From Thermoanaerobaculia bacterium (GTDB lineage: Bacteria; Acidobacteriota; Thermoanaerobaculia; Multivoradales; DATKCC01), in the NCBI GenBank assembly GCA_033762835.1, contig JANRLG010000123.1, forward strand, positions 1 through 26,262: DNA of 26,262 nucleotides. Direction: 5' to 3'. The position numbers and the translations under genes are program-made. A model generated the notes under the pieces. That model was not told the DNA's origin and did not search any database. It was given only the letters and a program-made list of their open reading frames with translations. This document shows, in pieces, positions 9,726-18,014 of this stretch. Positions within the stretch are counted from its first letter, which is position 1, and each line of letters begins with the position of its first letter.

Positions 9726-12401
9726 ATGCAAGAAGGGCGTTTTTTGCGCATCGACGGAGTTTTCGCCCAGGCTCTGGAACTGCCAGCGGCGGACCGCGGG
9801 GCCTTCCTCGCCGAGGCCTGCGCAGACGATCACGAGCTGCGCCGCGAGGTCGAAGCACTGCTGACGGCGGATCGCAAAGCCTCGCGATTCCTCGAAACCT
9901 CACCCGAACCGGCCTCGCTGGCTCCCGGCACCCGTGTCGGCCCTTACCAGCTCGAGGGGCTCCTCGGGCGCGGCGGCATGGGCTCGGTGTACCTCGCGCG
10001 GCGGGCGGATCTCGATCGACCGGTGGCGCTCAAGCTGGTCGATGCCCCCTACCGTCACCCCGAGCTGGTGCCGCGTTTCCACGCGGAACGACAAATCCTG
10101 GCGCGCCTCGAGCACCCGAGCATCGCCCGGCTCTACGACGCCGGGGAAACCGCCGACGACGTGCCGTACCTCGTCCTCGAGTATGTCGACGGCGAGCCGC
10201 TCGACCGCTACTGCGACCGGCTCGAGCTCGGTCTCGGGGAACGCGTCGGGTTGTTCAGGAAGCTTCTCGACGCCGTCGCCCACGCCCACCAGAGCCTCCT
10301 GGTGCACCGCGACATCAAACCCAGCAACGTCTTGGTGACCGCCGACGGCCAGGTCAAGCTGCTGGACTTCGGGATCGCGCAGCGCCTCGACCCGCAGCGC
10401 AGTGCCGCCTCGGCCACCTCCTCCCGCATGATGACCCCGGCCTACGCGAGTCCGGAACAGGTCCGTGGCGAGCCCCTAACGACCGCCACCGACATCTTCT
10501 CCCTCGGGGTGGTGCTCTACGAGCTCCTCACGGGGTGCCGGCCCTACCAGGTGCACTCGGAGCTGCCCCACGAGCTCAAAGCGGCGATTCTCGAGCAGGA
10601 GCCCGAGCGGCCCAGTGCGGCGGCCGTGCCGTGGCGGCGCCAACTGGCCGGCGACCTCGACACCATCGTCCTCACGGCCTTGGCCAAGGAGCCTGCCCAG
10701 CGCTACCGGTCCGTTCTGGAGCTGCAAGCGGATCTCGGGCGCTGGTCGGATCATCGGCCGATTTCCGCCCGTCCACCGTCGAGCATCTATCGCCTGACGA
10801 AGTTCGTGCGGCGGCGCCGGGCCGGGGTCGCAGCCGGCGTGCTCGGCGCCGGACTCGGCCTCGGTCTCGTGGTGAGCCTGTTTCAAGAACGGGATCGTGC
10901 CGCCCGCGAACGCGACCGTGCGCGCGACGCTCTCGCCTTCGTGGTCGAGGTCTTCGGGACCAAGCGACCCTACGATCAGGGCTCGCAGGAGATGTCGGCG
11001 CGGGACATTCTGGCCGCCGCGGCGAAGCGAGCCGAGGCCGAGTTGGGAGCGGACCCGGACTTGCAGGCGGCGCTTTTCCGCTCGTTGGGCCAAGCGACCG
11101 TGGGCATCGGCCGCTATGCCGACGCGGCGCCGCTCCTGACCCGCAGCCTCGAACACCACGCCCGAACTCAACCCGGCTCCGCCGAACACGCCGCCAGTCT
11201 CGAGGCCATCGGCTGGGCCGAGTTTCTCTTGGGCCAACGCGCCGAGGCCATCGCCCATCTCGAGCAGGCCGTGGCGCTCCGGCGCCGGCTGGCCCCCTTC
11301 TCCCTCGACCTCGCCCTCGCGCTCAATCTGCTCGCCAATGTCGAAAGCGAAATGGTCCGCACGACGGACGCGCAGACTCTCGATCGGATCGCGGCGCGCT
11401 TCAACGAGGCCCTGGAGCTGAGCCGGCGGCTCGAGGGACCGAACGGTACCGGCGTGATCGCAAACCTCGGAGGCCTGGTCAAGATCGCCGCCGCCCGCGG
11501 CGAGCTGCCCCAGGCGGAGCAGCTCGCCCGCCAGGTCGCCGCGGCCAACCTAGCCGCCTACGGACCGGAACATCCCGAAACGGTGTCGAGCCAACGCAGT
11601 CTGGCCTACACGCTAGTCGACCAAGCCAAGTTCCCGGAAGCCGAGGCCTTGTTTCGGGAGTCCTTGGCGACTCTCGAGCGCATTCTCCCGCCGGATCATC
11701 CGGAGATCGACACCGGGATCACGGACGTCGGTCTCGTGCTCAGTCGCCAAGCCAAGTACGTCGAAGCCGAGCCGTTCCTACGGCGCGCCTACGAGTCCAC
11801 CCGCGTGCAGCGGGGCGAGGAGCACCCGGACACGGTCATCAGTCTCGGCAACCTGGCCACGGCCATCCAGGGCCAAGGGCGACTCGCGGAGGCCATTCCC
11901 TTGCGCGAGCGGGAGGTGGCCCTGGGCCGCCGCGTGCACGGCGCGGACAGCGTCCTCGTGGCGCAAACGCTCGGGAGTCTGGCCCGCGCTCTGGCGGACA
12001 GTGGGCAGGTCGAACGGGCGCTGCCGATCGCGCGCGAGAGCCTGGCGATCCAGACGAAGGTGCTCGAGCCCGGGCATCCGAGCCTCGCCTGGCCCCACCG
12101 GAGTCTGGGCATGGTGCTCTCGGCCGCGGGGCAGTGGGAGGAGGCTGCCGAGCACCTGAAAGCGAGCCTCGAGATCCTGCGTCGAACCCAGGCTCCGGAC
12201 TTCTTTCAGACCGCGCGCGTCGAAGTACTGCTCGGCTCCAGCTTGACCCACCTCGGGCGCTACGACGAAGCCGCGGAGCTGATCACGCACGGCCGCGAGA
12301 TGCTGGCGCACCACTTCCCGCCCGAGCACGAGCGGGTGGTCGAGGCCGACGCGAAATGGACCGAACTCGAGCGCGCTCGGGCCACCGTGGCGCCGGGGTG
12401 A
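9726..12401 (+). CDS. membrane-anchored Hanks-type Ser/Thr protein kinase with C-terminal TPR domain (paralog 2)
   Basis: GGAGA at 9715-9719 before ATG 9726. The kinase domain is near-identical in blocks to paralog 1 (GRGGMGSVYLARRADLDRPVALKLVD, HRDIKPSNVLV, DFGIAQR, TPAYASPEQVRGEPLTTATDI). TM helix AGVAAGVLGAGLGLGLVVSLF. The TPR region is more divergent. Confidence 0.85.
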   Translation: MQEGRFLRIDGVFAQALELPAADRGAFLAEACADDHELRREVEALLTADRKASRFLETSPEPASLAPGTRVGPYQLEGLLGRGGMGSVYLARRADLDRPVALKLVDAPYRHPELVPRFHAERQILARLEHPSIARLYDAGETADDVPYLVLEYVDGEPLDRYCDRLELGLGERVGLFRKLLDAVAHAHQSLLVHRDIKPSNVLVTADGQVKLLDFGIAQRLDPQRSAASATSSRMMTPAYASPEQVRGEPLTTATDIFSLGVVLYELLTGCRPYQVHSELPHELKAAILEQEPERPSAAAVPWRRQLAGDLDTIVLTALAKEPAQRYRSVLELQADLGRWSDHRPISARPPSSIYRLTKFVRRRRAGVAAGVLGAGLGLGLVVSLFQERDRAARERDRARDALAFVVEVFGTKRPYDQGSQEMSARDILAAAAKRAEAELGADPDLQAALFRSLGQATVGIGRYADAAPLLTRSLEHHARTQPGSAEHAASLEAIGWAEFLLGQRAEAIAHLEQAVALRRRLAPFSLDLALALNLLANVESEMVRTTDAQTLDRIAARFNEALELSRRLEGPNGTGVIANLGGLVKIAAARGELPQAEQLARQVAAANLAAYGPEHPETVSSQRSLAYTLVDQAKFPEAEALFRESLATLERILPPDHPEIDTGITDVGLVLSRQAKYVEAEPFLRRAYESTRVQRGEEHPDTVISLGNLATAIQGQGRLAEAIPLREREVALGRRVHGADSVLVAQTLGSLARALADSGQVERALPIARESLAIQTKVLEPGHPSLAWPHRSLGMVLSAAGQWEEAAEHLKASLEILRRTQAPDFFQTARVEVLLGSSLTHLGRYDEAAELITHGREMLAHHFPPEHERVVEADAKWTELERARATVAPG

Positions 12402-12437
12402 AACGAGTCGGCCGGCACCGCGTCAGCGCCGAGGTCG

Positions 12438-12469
12438 GCGCTGGACCCGCTGGGCGCTGGACCCGCTGG
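12438..12469. repeat. perfect 2 x 16-nt tandem direct repeat (gcgctggacccgctgg) with partial third copy
   Basis: Read directly at 12438-12453 and 12454-12469, followed by gcgctcgggg. Lies in the 86-bp spacer between convergent gene ends (12401 and 12488). Confidence 0.6.
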
Positions 12470-12487
12470 GCGCTCGGGGCGAGGGCG

Positions 12488-13459
12488 TCACGGCCACAGG
12501 ACCACCTTGCCGATCACGGCGCGGCTTTCGAGCAAAGCGTGGGCCTCTGCGCCCTCGGCCAAGGGGAAGCCGCGGGCGATCCGCACCTTCAGCGAGCCGT
12601 CCCGCACCCAGCCGAAGAGCTCCGCGGCCCGCCGTCGGCGCTCGTCCGGCCCGGTCAGCACATTCCACAGATCACCACCCGTGAGGGTCTTCGACTCGTC
12701 CATCAGCCGCCGCGGGTCGATCGGTGCCGGATCGCCGCCCGCCATCCCGTAGAAGACGACGTGACCGCCTACCCGCGTGACGTCGAGGCTCGCGGACAAC
12801 GTCGAGCCCACCGCGTCGTACACCACGTCGACGCCCTGGCCGTTCCGCGACCAGGTGCGAGCCGCCGTCACCCAGTCGCCGTCGCTCGGGAAGGTCGCGT
12901 CGGCACCCGCGGCCAAGGCGGCAGCCCGCTTTTCGGCACTCGAGGCGAGGGCGAAGACCCGAGCGCCCAGCCGACGGGCGATCTGCACCAGGAGCAGACC
13001 CACGCCACCGCCCGCGGCGTGGACGAGCACCTCCTCGCCGGGCGCTACGGCGTGGCTGTCGCGCACGAGGTACTGTGCCGTCAACCCCTGGAGCAGGAGT
13101 GCCGCGGCAGTATCGAAGTCGATGTCGTCCGGCAGCGGGATGAGTTTCTCGCGCGGCACCGCCACGAGCTCGGCGTTGGCCCGGGGCGAGTCCGCGAACC
13201 CGACGCGGTCGCCAATCAGGAACGTCGCATCCGCCTCGCCACCCAAGGCGACGATCGTGCCAGCCGCCTCGTACCCGGCGACGTAGGGCGGCTCGCCCAC
13301 CAGGTGGTAGCGGCCCTGGCGGCGGTAGACGTCGGCGAAGTTGAGGCCGATGGCCGCCGTCTTGACGAGGGCAAAACCGGGCGGGACCTCGGGAGTCGGC
13401 AGCTCTCGGACCACCAGCACCTCGGGTCCGCCGAACCGGTCGAAGGTCAAAGCGCGCAT
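12488..13459 (-). CDS. NADPH:quinone oxidoreductase / zinc-type alcohol dehydrogenase-like (MDR superfamily)
   Basis: Start set at ATG 13459 (MRALTFDRFGGPEVLVVRELPTPE...); the ORF-track upstream extension is Arg/Gly-rich junk. GroES-like N-domain and Rossmann motif (VLVHAAGGGVGLLLVQIARRLGARV) are typical of Qor-type MDRs. Stop TGA 12488-12490. Confidence 0.85.
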   Translation of the reverse strand: MRALTFDRFGGPEVLVVRELPTPEVPPGFALVKTAAIGLNFADVYRRQGRYHLVGEPPYVAGYEAAGTIVALGGEADATFLIGDRVGFADSPRANAELVAVPREKLIPLPDDIDFDTAAALLLQGLTAQYLVRDSHAVAPGEEVLVHAAGGGVGLLLVQIARRLGARVFALASSAEKRAAALAAGADATFPSDGDWVTAARTWSRNGQGVDVVYDAVGSTLSASLDVTRVGGHVVFYGMAGGDPAPIDPRRLMDESKTLTGGDLWNVLTGPDERRRRAAELFGWVRDGSLKVRIARGFPLAEGAEAHALLESRAVIGKVVLWP

Positions 13460-13470
13460 GGCCGGGAAGT

Positions 13471-14040
13471 CTAGGACAGGTCGAAGAGCGGCAGGGTCTC
13501 GGCCAAGGCCCCTTCGATCTCGAGCAAGCGCCGTTTGGTGATCGTGCCCTGGGGAGCCGAGAAGCCGCCGAGCTTGCCGCCCGCGGCCACCACCCGGTGA
13601 CAGGGCACGACGAGGGGCCACGGGTTACGGCCAAGAGCTTGGCCGACCTCGCGAGCCGCGCCGGGCTGGCCGAGGCGCAAAGCGATGACGCCGTAGGTCA
13701 GGGTGGCGCCCGGTGGAATCGTGCGGGTGATTTCGTAGACCCGGCGGTCGAACTCGGGCACGCGCTCGAGGTCGAGAGCCACGTCCTGGAGATCGACGGG
13801 TTCGCCGGCCAGCAGGCGAGTCATGGCGTCGATGGCGCTCCGAACCGGTGCCGGCAAAGCCGTTCCCGAATCGGCTGGCACCTCGGAAAGGTCACCGGTG
13901 CGGCGAGCGAGCCGGCGGGCGGTGGCCTCCCGGCTCGCCTCGGGAAGCTGCACCGCGACCAGGCCGCGCTCGTCCCAGGCCACGCCCACGGGGCCAATGG
14001 CCGTGTCGAAGAGGCGCGCCCCGGCCAGCGGTTCGGTCAC
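13471..14040 (-). CDS. ogt: methylated-DNA--protein-cysteine methyltransferase (O6-alkylguanine-DNA alkyltransferase)
   Basis: 189 aa. Active-site motif VPCHRVV and the surrounding helix-turn-helix of the Ogt/MGMT family (YGVIALRLGQPGAAREVGQALGRNPWPLVVPCHRVV). GTG start at 14040-14038 overlaps the upstream gene's TGA (GTGA). Confidence 0.85.
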   Translation of the reverse strand: MTEPLAGARLFDTAIGPVGVAWDERGLVAVQLPEASREATARRLARRTGDLSEVPADSGTALPAPVRSAIDAMTRLLAGEPVDLQDVALDLERVPEFDRRVYEITRTIPPGATLTYGVIALRLGQPGAAREVGQALGRNPWPLVVPCHRVVAAGGKLGGFSAPQGTITKRRLLEIEGALAETLPLFDLS

Positions 14041-14540
14041 TTCACCTCGCTGAGATTCATGGTCCCGGTCCGCTCCTCTTTGCCGTCTACGACGCTGGCA
14101 TGGGTGCCGATGAACCGGCCGTCTTTGAATTCGCCCTGGAAGGTGAAGACCTCGCCGTCCGAGCTCTCCGCTTCGGGTTTCGCCGGCGCCTGGCCCGGAG
14201 CAGTGAGGTCCCCGATGAACGGCAGCACCGAGCCGGTTGCCAAGTCTCGGTCGAATCGGACCCGGCCCTTCAAGACCCCCTCACCGAATTTGCCCTCCGC
14301 GTTACCCGAGTAAACGTGGGAGGAACCCGCCGTCCCCCCTTTCGCGGCACGGAAGACGACTCGCCACCGCCCGTCCTCGAGAGGAACGAAGGTCGCCGAG
14401 AGGTCTCCATGGTCGTTTCCGTCTTCCCAGGTGTAAGTGCCGGTCAAGTTCTTCGTCGCTGCCCCCTGGGCGGCGAACGCCGGGCTCAGCGTCCAGAGCA
14501 GAGCCACCAGAATGAGCACGAGATGTAGAGCCTTGGACAT
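14037..14540 (-). CDS. small secreted protein of unknown function (signal peptide)
   Basis: Start at ATG 14540 preceded by AAGGAGG on the minus strand; the ORF-track upstream extension is rejected. MSKALHLVLILVALLWTLSPAFAAQG is a signal peptide. 167 aa, Gly/Asp/Thr-rich. First gene of a co-directional three-gene cluster. Confidence 0.55.
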   Translation of the reverse strand: MSKALHLVLILVALLWTLSPAFAAQGAATKNLTGTYTWEDGNDHGDLSATFVPLEDGRWRVVFRAAKGGTAGSSHVYSGNAEGKFGEGVLKGRVRFDRDLATGSVLPFIGDLTAPGQAPAKPEAESSDGEVFTFQGEFKDGRFIGTHASVVDGKEERTGTMNLSEVK

Positions 14541-14829
14541 CAGACCTCCTTGGATGCAGGCATTCTGGCAGAAGTCAGAGGGGCGAGCTCGGAGGGGCCT
14601 CGAGCACCACACCCAAACCGTCGCAGCGTTCCAGCGTCCAGAGAGCTGGTCAAAACTTTCTTCGCGACGCTCCGTAGCTGATATCGAGAGCACCGAAACC
14701 CCCAGACAAACAGGCCAATACGGTCCGCCGTCGGCGGGGCGAAGCCGTTGGGGGAACCGGGAGCTCTTGGAGCAAACTCCGGAACCGCCGATCCCAAGAA
14801 AGAACCCGTAAAATCGATTGGAGCAATCC

Positions 14830-16863
14830 ATGACCGCCCTGGCATGGCCCCTCGTGGCTGGCGCCGCCCTGTTCCTGGTTCTCGTCATCGTCCTCTTCCG
14901 CGCCCTCGTCTACATCCCCAACACCCGCGTGGGTCTCGTCGAGAAACTCTTCGCGGCCAAAGGCTCCGTGGCCTCCGGCTTGATCGCCCTGCAGCAGGAG
15001 GCGGGCTTCCAGCCCCAGGTGCTGCGCGGTGGCTGGCACTTGCTGACCCCGTTCCAGTATCGCGTCCACAAGATGCCTCTGGTGACGATTCCTCAGGGCC
15101 AGATCGGCTACGTCTTCGCCCGCGACGGCCAGGCGCTGCCGGCCACCCAGACCCTCGCCGCCAACGACCGCGCCGTCGACTTCCAAGATGCCGAGGCCTT
15201 CCTGCGTGCCGGAGGCCAAAAAGGTCCCCAGCGATTGATCCTGCGCGAGGGCACCTATGCCATCAACCAGGTGCTCTTCGTCGTCCTGACCCAGGACCAG
15301 ACCTACTTCCTGCCCATGGATCGCAGCGAACACGATTTGTTCAAGAAGATGACCCAGGCAATCGCCGAACGCGGCGGCTTCCAGCCGATCGTGGTGCGCG
15401 GTGAAGAAGACCGCATCGCCGTCATTACCGTGCACGACGGCCCGGCACTGCCCTCCGGCGAGATCATCGCGCCCCTGGTCGGCCACGACCCGGCACAGCC
15501 GGCGACCTACCACAACAACTTCCAGGACCCGGACAAGTTCCTGCGCGCCGGGGGCCAACGCGGCCGCCAGCTGCAAGTACTGGTGGAAGGTACCTACTAC
15601 ATCAACCGGCTGTTCGCCACCGCCGAGTGGATTCCGAAAACCGTCATCGAGGTCGGCACCGCGGGGGTCGTGGTGTCCTACACCGGCGATACCGGCGTCG
15701 ACCTCTCGGGCCAAGAGTACAAACACGGCGAAATGGTGGCCGTCGGCGAGCGCGGCGTCTGGAGCGAGCCGCTCCTGCCCGGCAAATACGCCTTCAACAC
15801 CTACGCCGGCAAGGTCACGATCGTCCCGACCACCAACTTCATCCTGAAGTGGAATCGCAGCGAGGTCGGCACCCACCGCTTCGACGAGAACTTGGCCGAG
15901 GTGAGCCTGATCACCAAGGACGCCTTCGAGCCCAGCCTACCGCTGTCCGTGGTGGTACACATCGACTACCGCAAGGCGCCCCTCGTGGTGCAGCGCTTCG
16001 GCGATATCAAACGGCTGGTCGAGCAAACCCTCGACCCGATGGTCAGCGCCTACTTCAAGAACGTCGCCCAGACCCGCACGCTGATCCAGCTCATCCAGGA
16101 CCGTTCGGCGATCCAGGCCCAGGCCGGGGTCGAAATGAAAGGCCGTTTCGAGGTCTACAACCTGGAACTCCAGGAGGTGCTGATCGGCACCCCCAACTCG
16201 GGCGGCTCCGGCGGCCAGATCGAGCAGATCCTGACCCAGCTGCGCTCGCGCCAGATCGCCGAGGAGCAGGTCGAGACCTACACCCGCCAGGAACGCGCCG
16301 CCGCCAAGGAGCGCGAGCTGCGCGAGGCCGAATCCCGCGCCAAGCAGCAGACCATGCTGACCGAGTCCGAGATCTCGATCACCGTGCAGTCGAACCAGGG
16401 CAAGGCCGACTACGCCCGCGCCCAGCAGCAGGCCGCCCAGATCCAGACCCTCGCCCAGGCCGAGGCCCAGAAAACGCGCATCCTGGCCGACGGTGAGGCC
16501 CAAAAGATCCGCCTCCTCGCCGAATCCGAAGCCGATCGCGCCGCCCGCGTGGGCCTCGCCCAGGCCATCGCCGTCGAAGAGCAGGTCAAGGCCTACGGCG
16601 GCCCGCAGTTCCAGCTCACCCAGCAGGTCCTGCAACGCTTCGCCGAGGCGGTCGAAAAGTCCAAGGTCGACGTCGTGCCCAAGATCCAAATGGGCGGCAA
16701 CGGCCAAGGCGGCGGCTTGATCGAGAACCTCCTCACCGTGCTCCTCTCCGACAAAGTCGGCGAAGTCGTCGGTGCCGCGGTGTCCACCACACCCAACCCC
16801 CAGGCCGAGGCCCTGAAGGCCGAGATCCGCAAGGGGCTGGCGGAGTCGACCGACCGCGGGTAG
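14830..16863 (+). CDS. flotillin-like SPFH/Band-7 family protein (YqiK-like)
   Basis: ATG 14830 has GGAG 6 nt upstream; TTG 14818 is the ORF-track alternative. N-terminal TM helix (LAWPLVAGAALFLVLVIVLF) is followed by an SPFH-like region. The C-terminal ~200 aa is an Ala/Glu/Gln-rich coiled coil with repeated AEAQK/EAQKIR motifs typical of flotillin C-termini. An internal duplication sits near aa 120 and 235. Confidence 0.75.
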   Translation: MTALAWPLVAGAALFLVLVIVLFRALVYIPNTRVGLVEKLFAAKGSVASGLIALQQEAGFQPQVLRGGWHLLTPFQYRVHKMPLVTIPQGQIGYVFARDGQALPATQTLAANDRAVDFQDAEAFLRAGGQKGPQRLILREGTYAINQVLFVVLTQDQTYFLPMDRSEHDLFKKMTQAIAERGGFQPIVVRGEEDRIAVITVHDGPALPSGEIIAPLVGHDPAQPATYHNNFQDPDKFLRAGGQRGRQLQVLVEGTYYINRLFATAEWIPKTVIEVGTAGVVVSYTGDTGVDLSGQEYKHGEMVAVGERGVWSEPLLPGKYAFNTYAGKVTIVPTTNFILKWNRSEVGTHRFDENLAEVSLITKDAFEPSLPLSVVVHIDYRKAPLVVQRFGDIKRLVEQTLDPMVSAYFKNVAQTRTLIQLIQDRSAIQAQAGVEMKGRFEVYNLELQEVLIGTPNSGGSGGQIEQILTQLRSRQIAEEQVETYTRQERAAAKERELREAESRAKQQTMLTESEISITVQSNQGKADYARAQQQAAQIQTLAQAEAQKTRILADGEAQKIRLLAESEADRAARVGLAQAIAVEEQVKAYGGPQFQLTQQVLQRFAEAVEKSKVDVVPKIQMGGNGQGGGLIENLLTVLLSDKVGEVVGAAVSTTPNPQAEALKAEIRKGLAESTDRG

Positions 16864-16879
16864 GAGAGGTGCGGAGGAT

Positions 16880-16903
16880 GGAGGCACGGTAGGCCGTGCC
16901 TCC
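16880..16903. terminator. 10-bp perfect hairpin between convergent genes (putative bidirectional terminator)
   Basis: ggaggcacgg (16880-16889) / ccgtgcctcc (16894-16903), 4-nt loop. Lies between the flotillin stop (16863) and the stop of the minus-strand gene (16917). No U-tract on either side, so confidence is modest. Confidence 0.4.
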
Positions 16904-16916
16904 ACGGCTGAGCCGT

Positions 16917-17990
16917 TCAGGTGCGGAAAAGCGACACCGGGCTAATGACGGTTTCGTCATTGCGCCCTGGAAGTGGGGGCGTAGGCTGCTGCTCCCGCAG
17001 AACGCGGATGTCTCCGGCCACGCGGATGACCAGGGAGAGTCCCTCGATCAACAGGCCGATGGCCCAGGCGAAGAGGTAAAAGCCACCGAGCGTCCCCGCG
17101 AACCTGTTGACCGCAGTCCGGCGCTGGCCACGAATAGCAGACTGTATCTCTGAGATTTCCTGCTCGGTGTGTTGGACGTTGTTGGGTACCTGGGCCAACT
17201 TGTTGCGCACTTCGCCCCATGCGGGCTGGCTTCTGTGGCGCCTGTTGTCCACTTCTTGGAGTTGGCCGGCGAGCCATTTTTCTTCATTAAGCGATGAAAA
17301 ATAAGAATTTGCGACGACGTTCCCTTGGACCTCTTGGTTTGTTTGGAAGAACTCGTGGGCGTTGTTCTCACGGCTGCCGTAGTCCGAATAGGGCATGGGT
17401 GACGTCTGTGGACCGAGCTGAACTCGGAGGCTCTCCGGGAGTGACAGCTCAAGGGTCAATCGAGCCAAGCGGAGCGCCAGTAGTTGCTGCTCGGTTTGAA
17501 GTTGCCATCTGGTGAGCGCCTTGGTCTTGAGTTGAGACCATTCATCGTCAAACTGGGCGAGTTCGGCTCTGAAGTGTTCCGGCTGCCTTCCCAGCACTAC
17601 GAGGTATTCCTTCTTCTCCCGCAAAATCCGGAAATCTACTCGGGAGGGTAGGCTGGCCCAAGCTCCAGCGAGGCCCATGGCAAGGAGCAGGATAGCTCCG
17701 ACGACCAAGCTGGCCTTGAGGCTGGCCAGATACCGGCGAATCAGGAATTGGTCGCTGCGGACACTCTCGTATTCTTCCCGCCGTTCGGTGTCTGCGACCT
17801 CGGCCAGGGTCTTACGAAGGAAGCTGAGGGGGCTGACGAAGACCAGGACGAAGAGTCGTCCCAGCCCCGCGGCCAGAGCCGGAATGTCGCTTCTCCTCAC
17901 GAAGGCTCCCAAAGCCAAGAGGAATAGCAGGAAGAGGACCGTGGCGGGGATGAGATTGGTGGCGATGCTGTTGAACAAGTCTTTGAACAT
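16917..17990 (-). CDS. integral membrane coiled-coil protein of unknown function (last gene of CHAT operon; compositionally atypical)
   Basis: ATG 17990 preceded by GGAGGAA on the minus strand (ORF-track 18005 is TTG). 357 aa with N-terminal TM helices, a further TM near aa 95-115 and a C-terminal TM (LGGFYLFAWAIGLLIEGLSLVI). The central region is Gln/Glu/Asn/Lys-rich and probably coiled coil. Local GC is ~40-57% across 17160-17640 with AAT/GAA/AAA/CAA codons, versus ~70% background. Confidence 0.6.
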   Translation of the reverse strand: MFKDLFNSIATNLIPATVLFLLFLLALGAFVRRSDIPALAAGLGRLFVLVFVSPLSFLRKTLAEVADTERREEYESVRSDQFLIRRYLASLKASLVVGAILLLAMGLAGAWASLPSRVDFRILREKKEYLVVLGRQPEHFRAELAQFDDEWSQLKTKALTRWQLQTEQQLLALRLARLTLELSLPESLRVQLGPQTSPMPYSDYGSRENNAHEFFQTNQEVQGNVVANSYFSSLNEEKWLAGQLQEVDNRRHRSQPAWGEVRNKLAQVPNNVQHTEQEISEIQSAIRGQRRTAVNRFAGTLGGFYLFAWAIGLLIEGLSLVIRVAGDIRVLREQQPTPPLPGRNDETVISPVSLFRT

Positions 17991-18014
17991 GGTTCCTCCG
18001 GACAACAGGTAGGG

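Noticed and set aside
10535-13474. 979-aa plus-strand ORF overlapping the second kinase (different frame) and antisense to the quinone oxidoreductase
   Set aside because: Extremely Arg/Pro/Gly-rich and motif-free. It overlaps two well-supported genes. GC-bias artefact.
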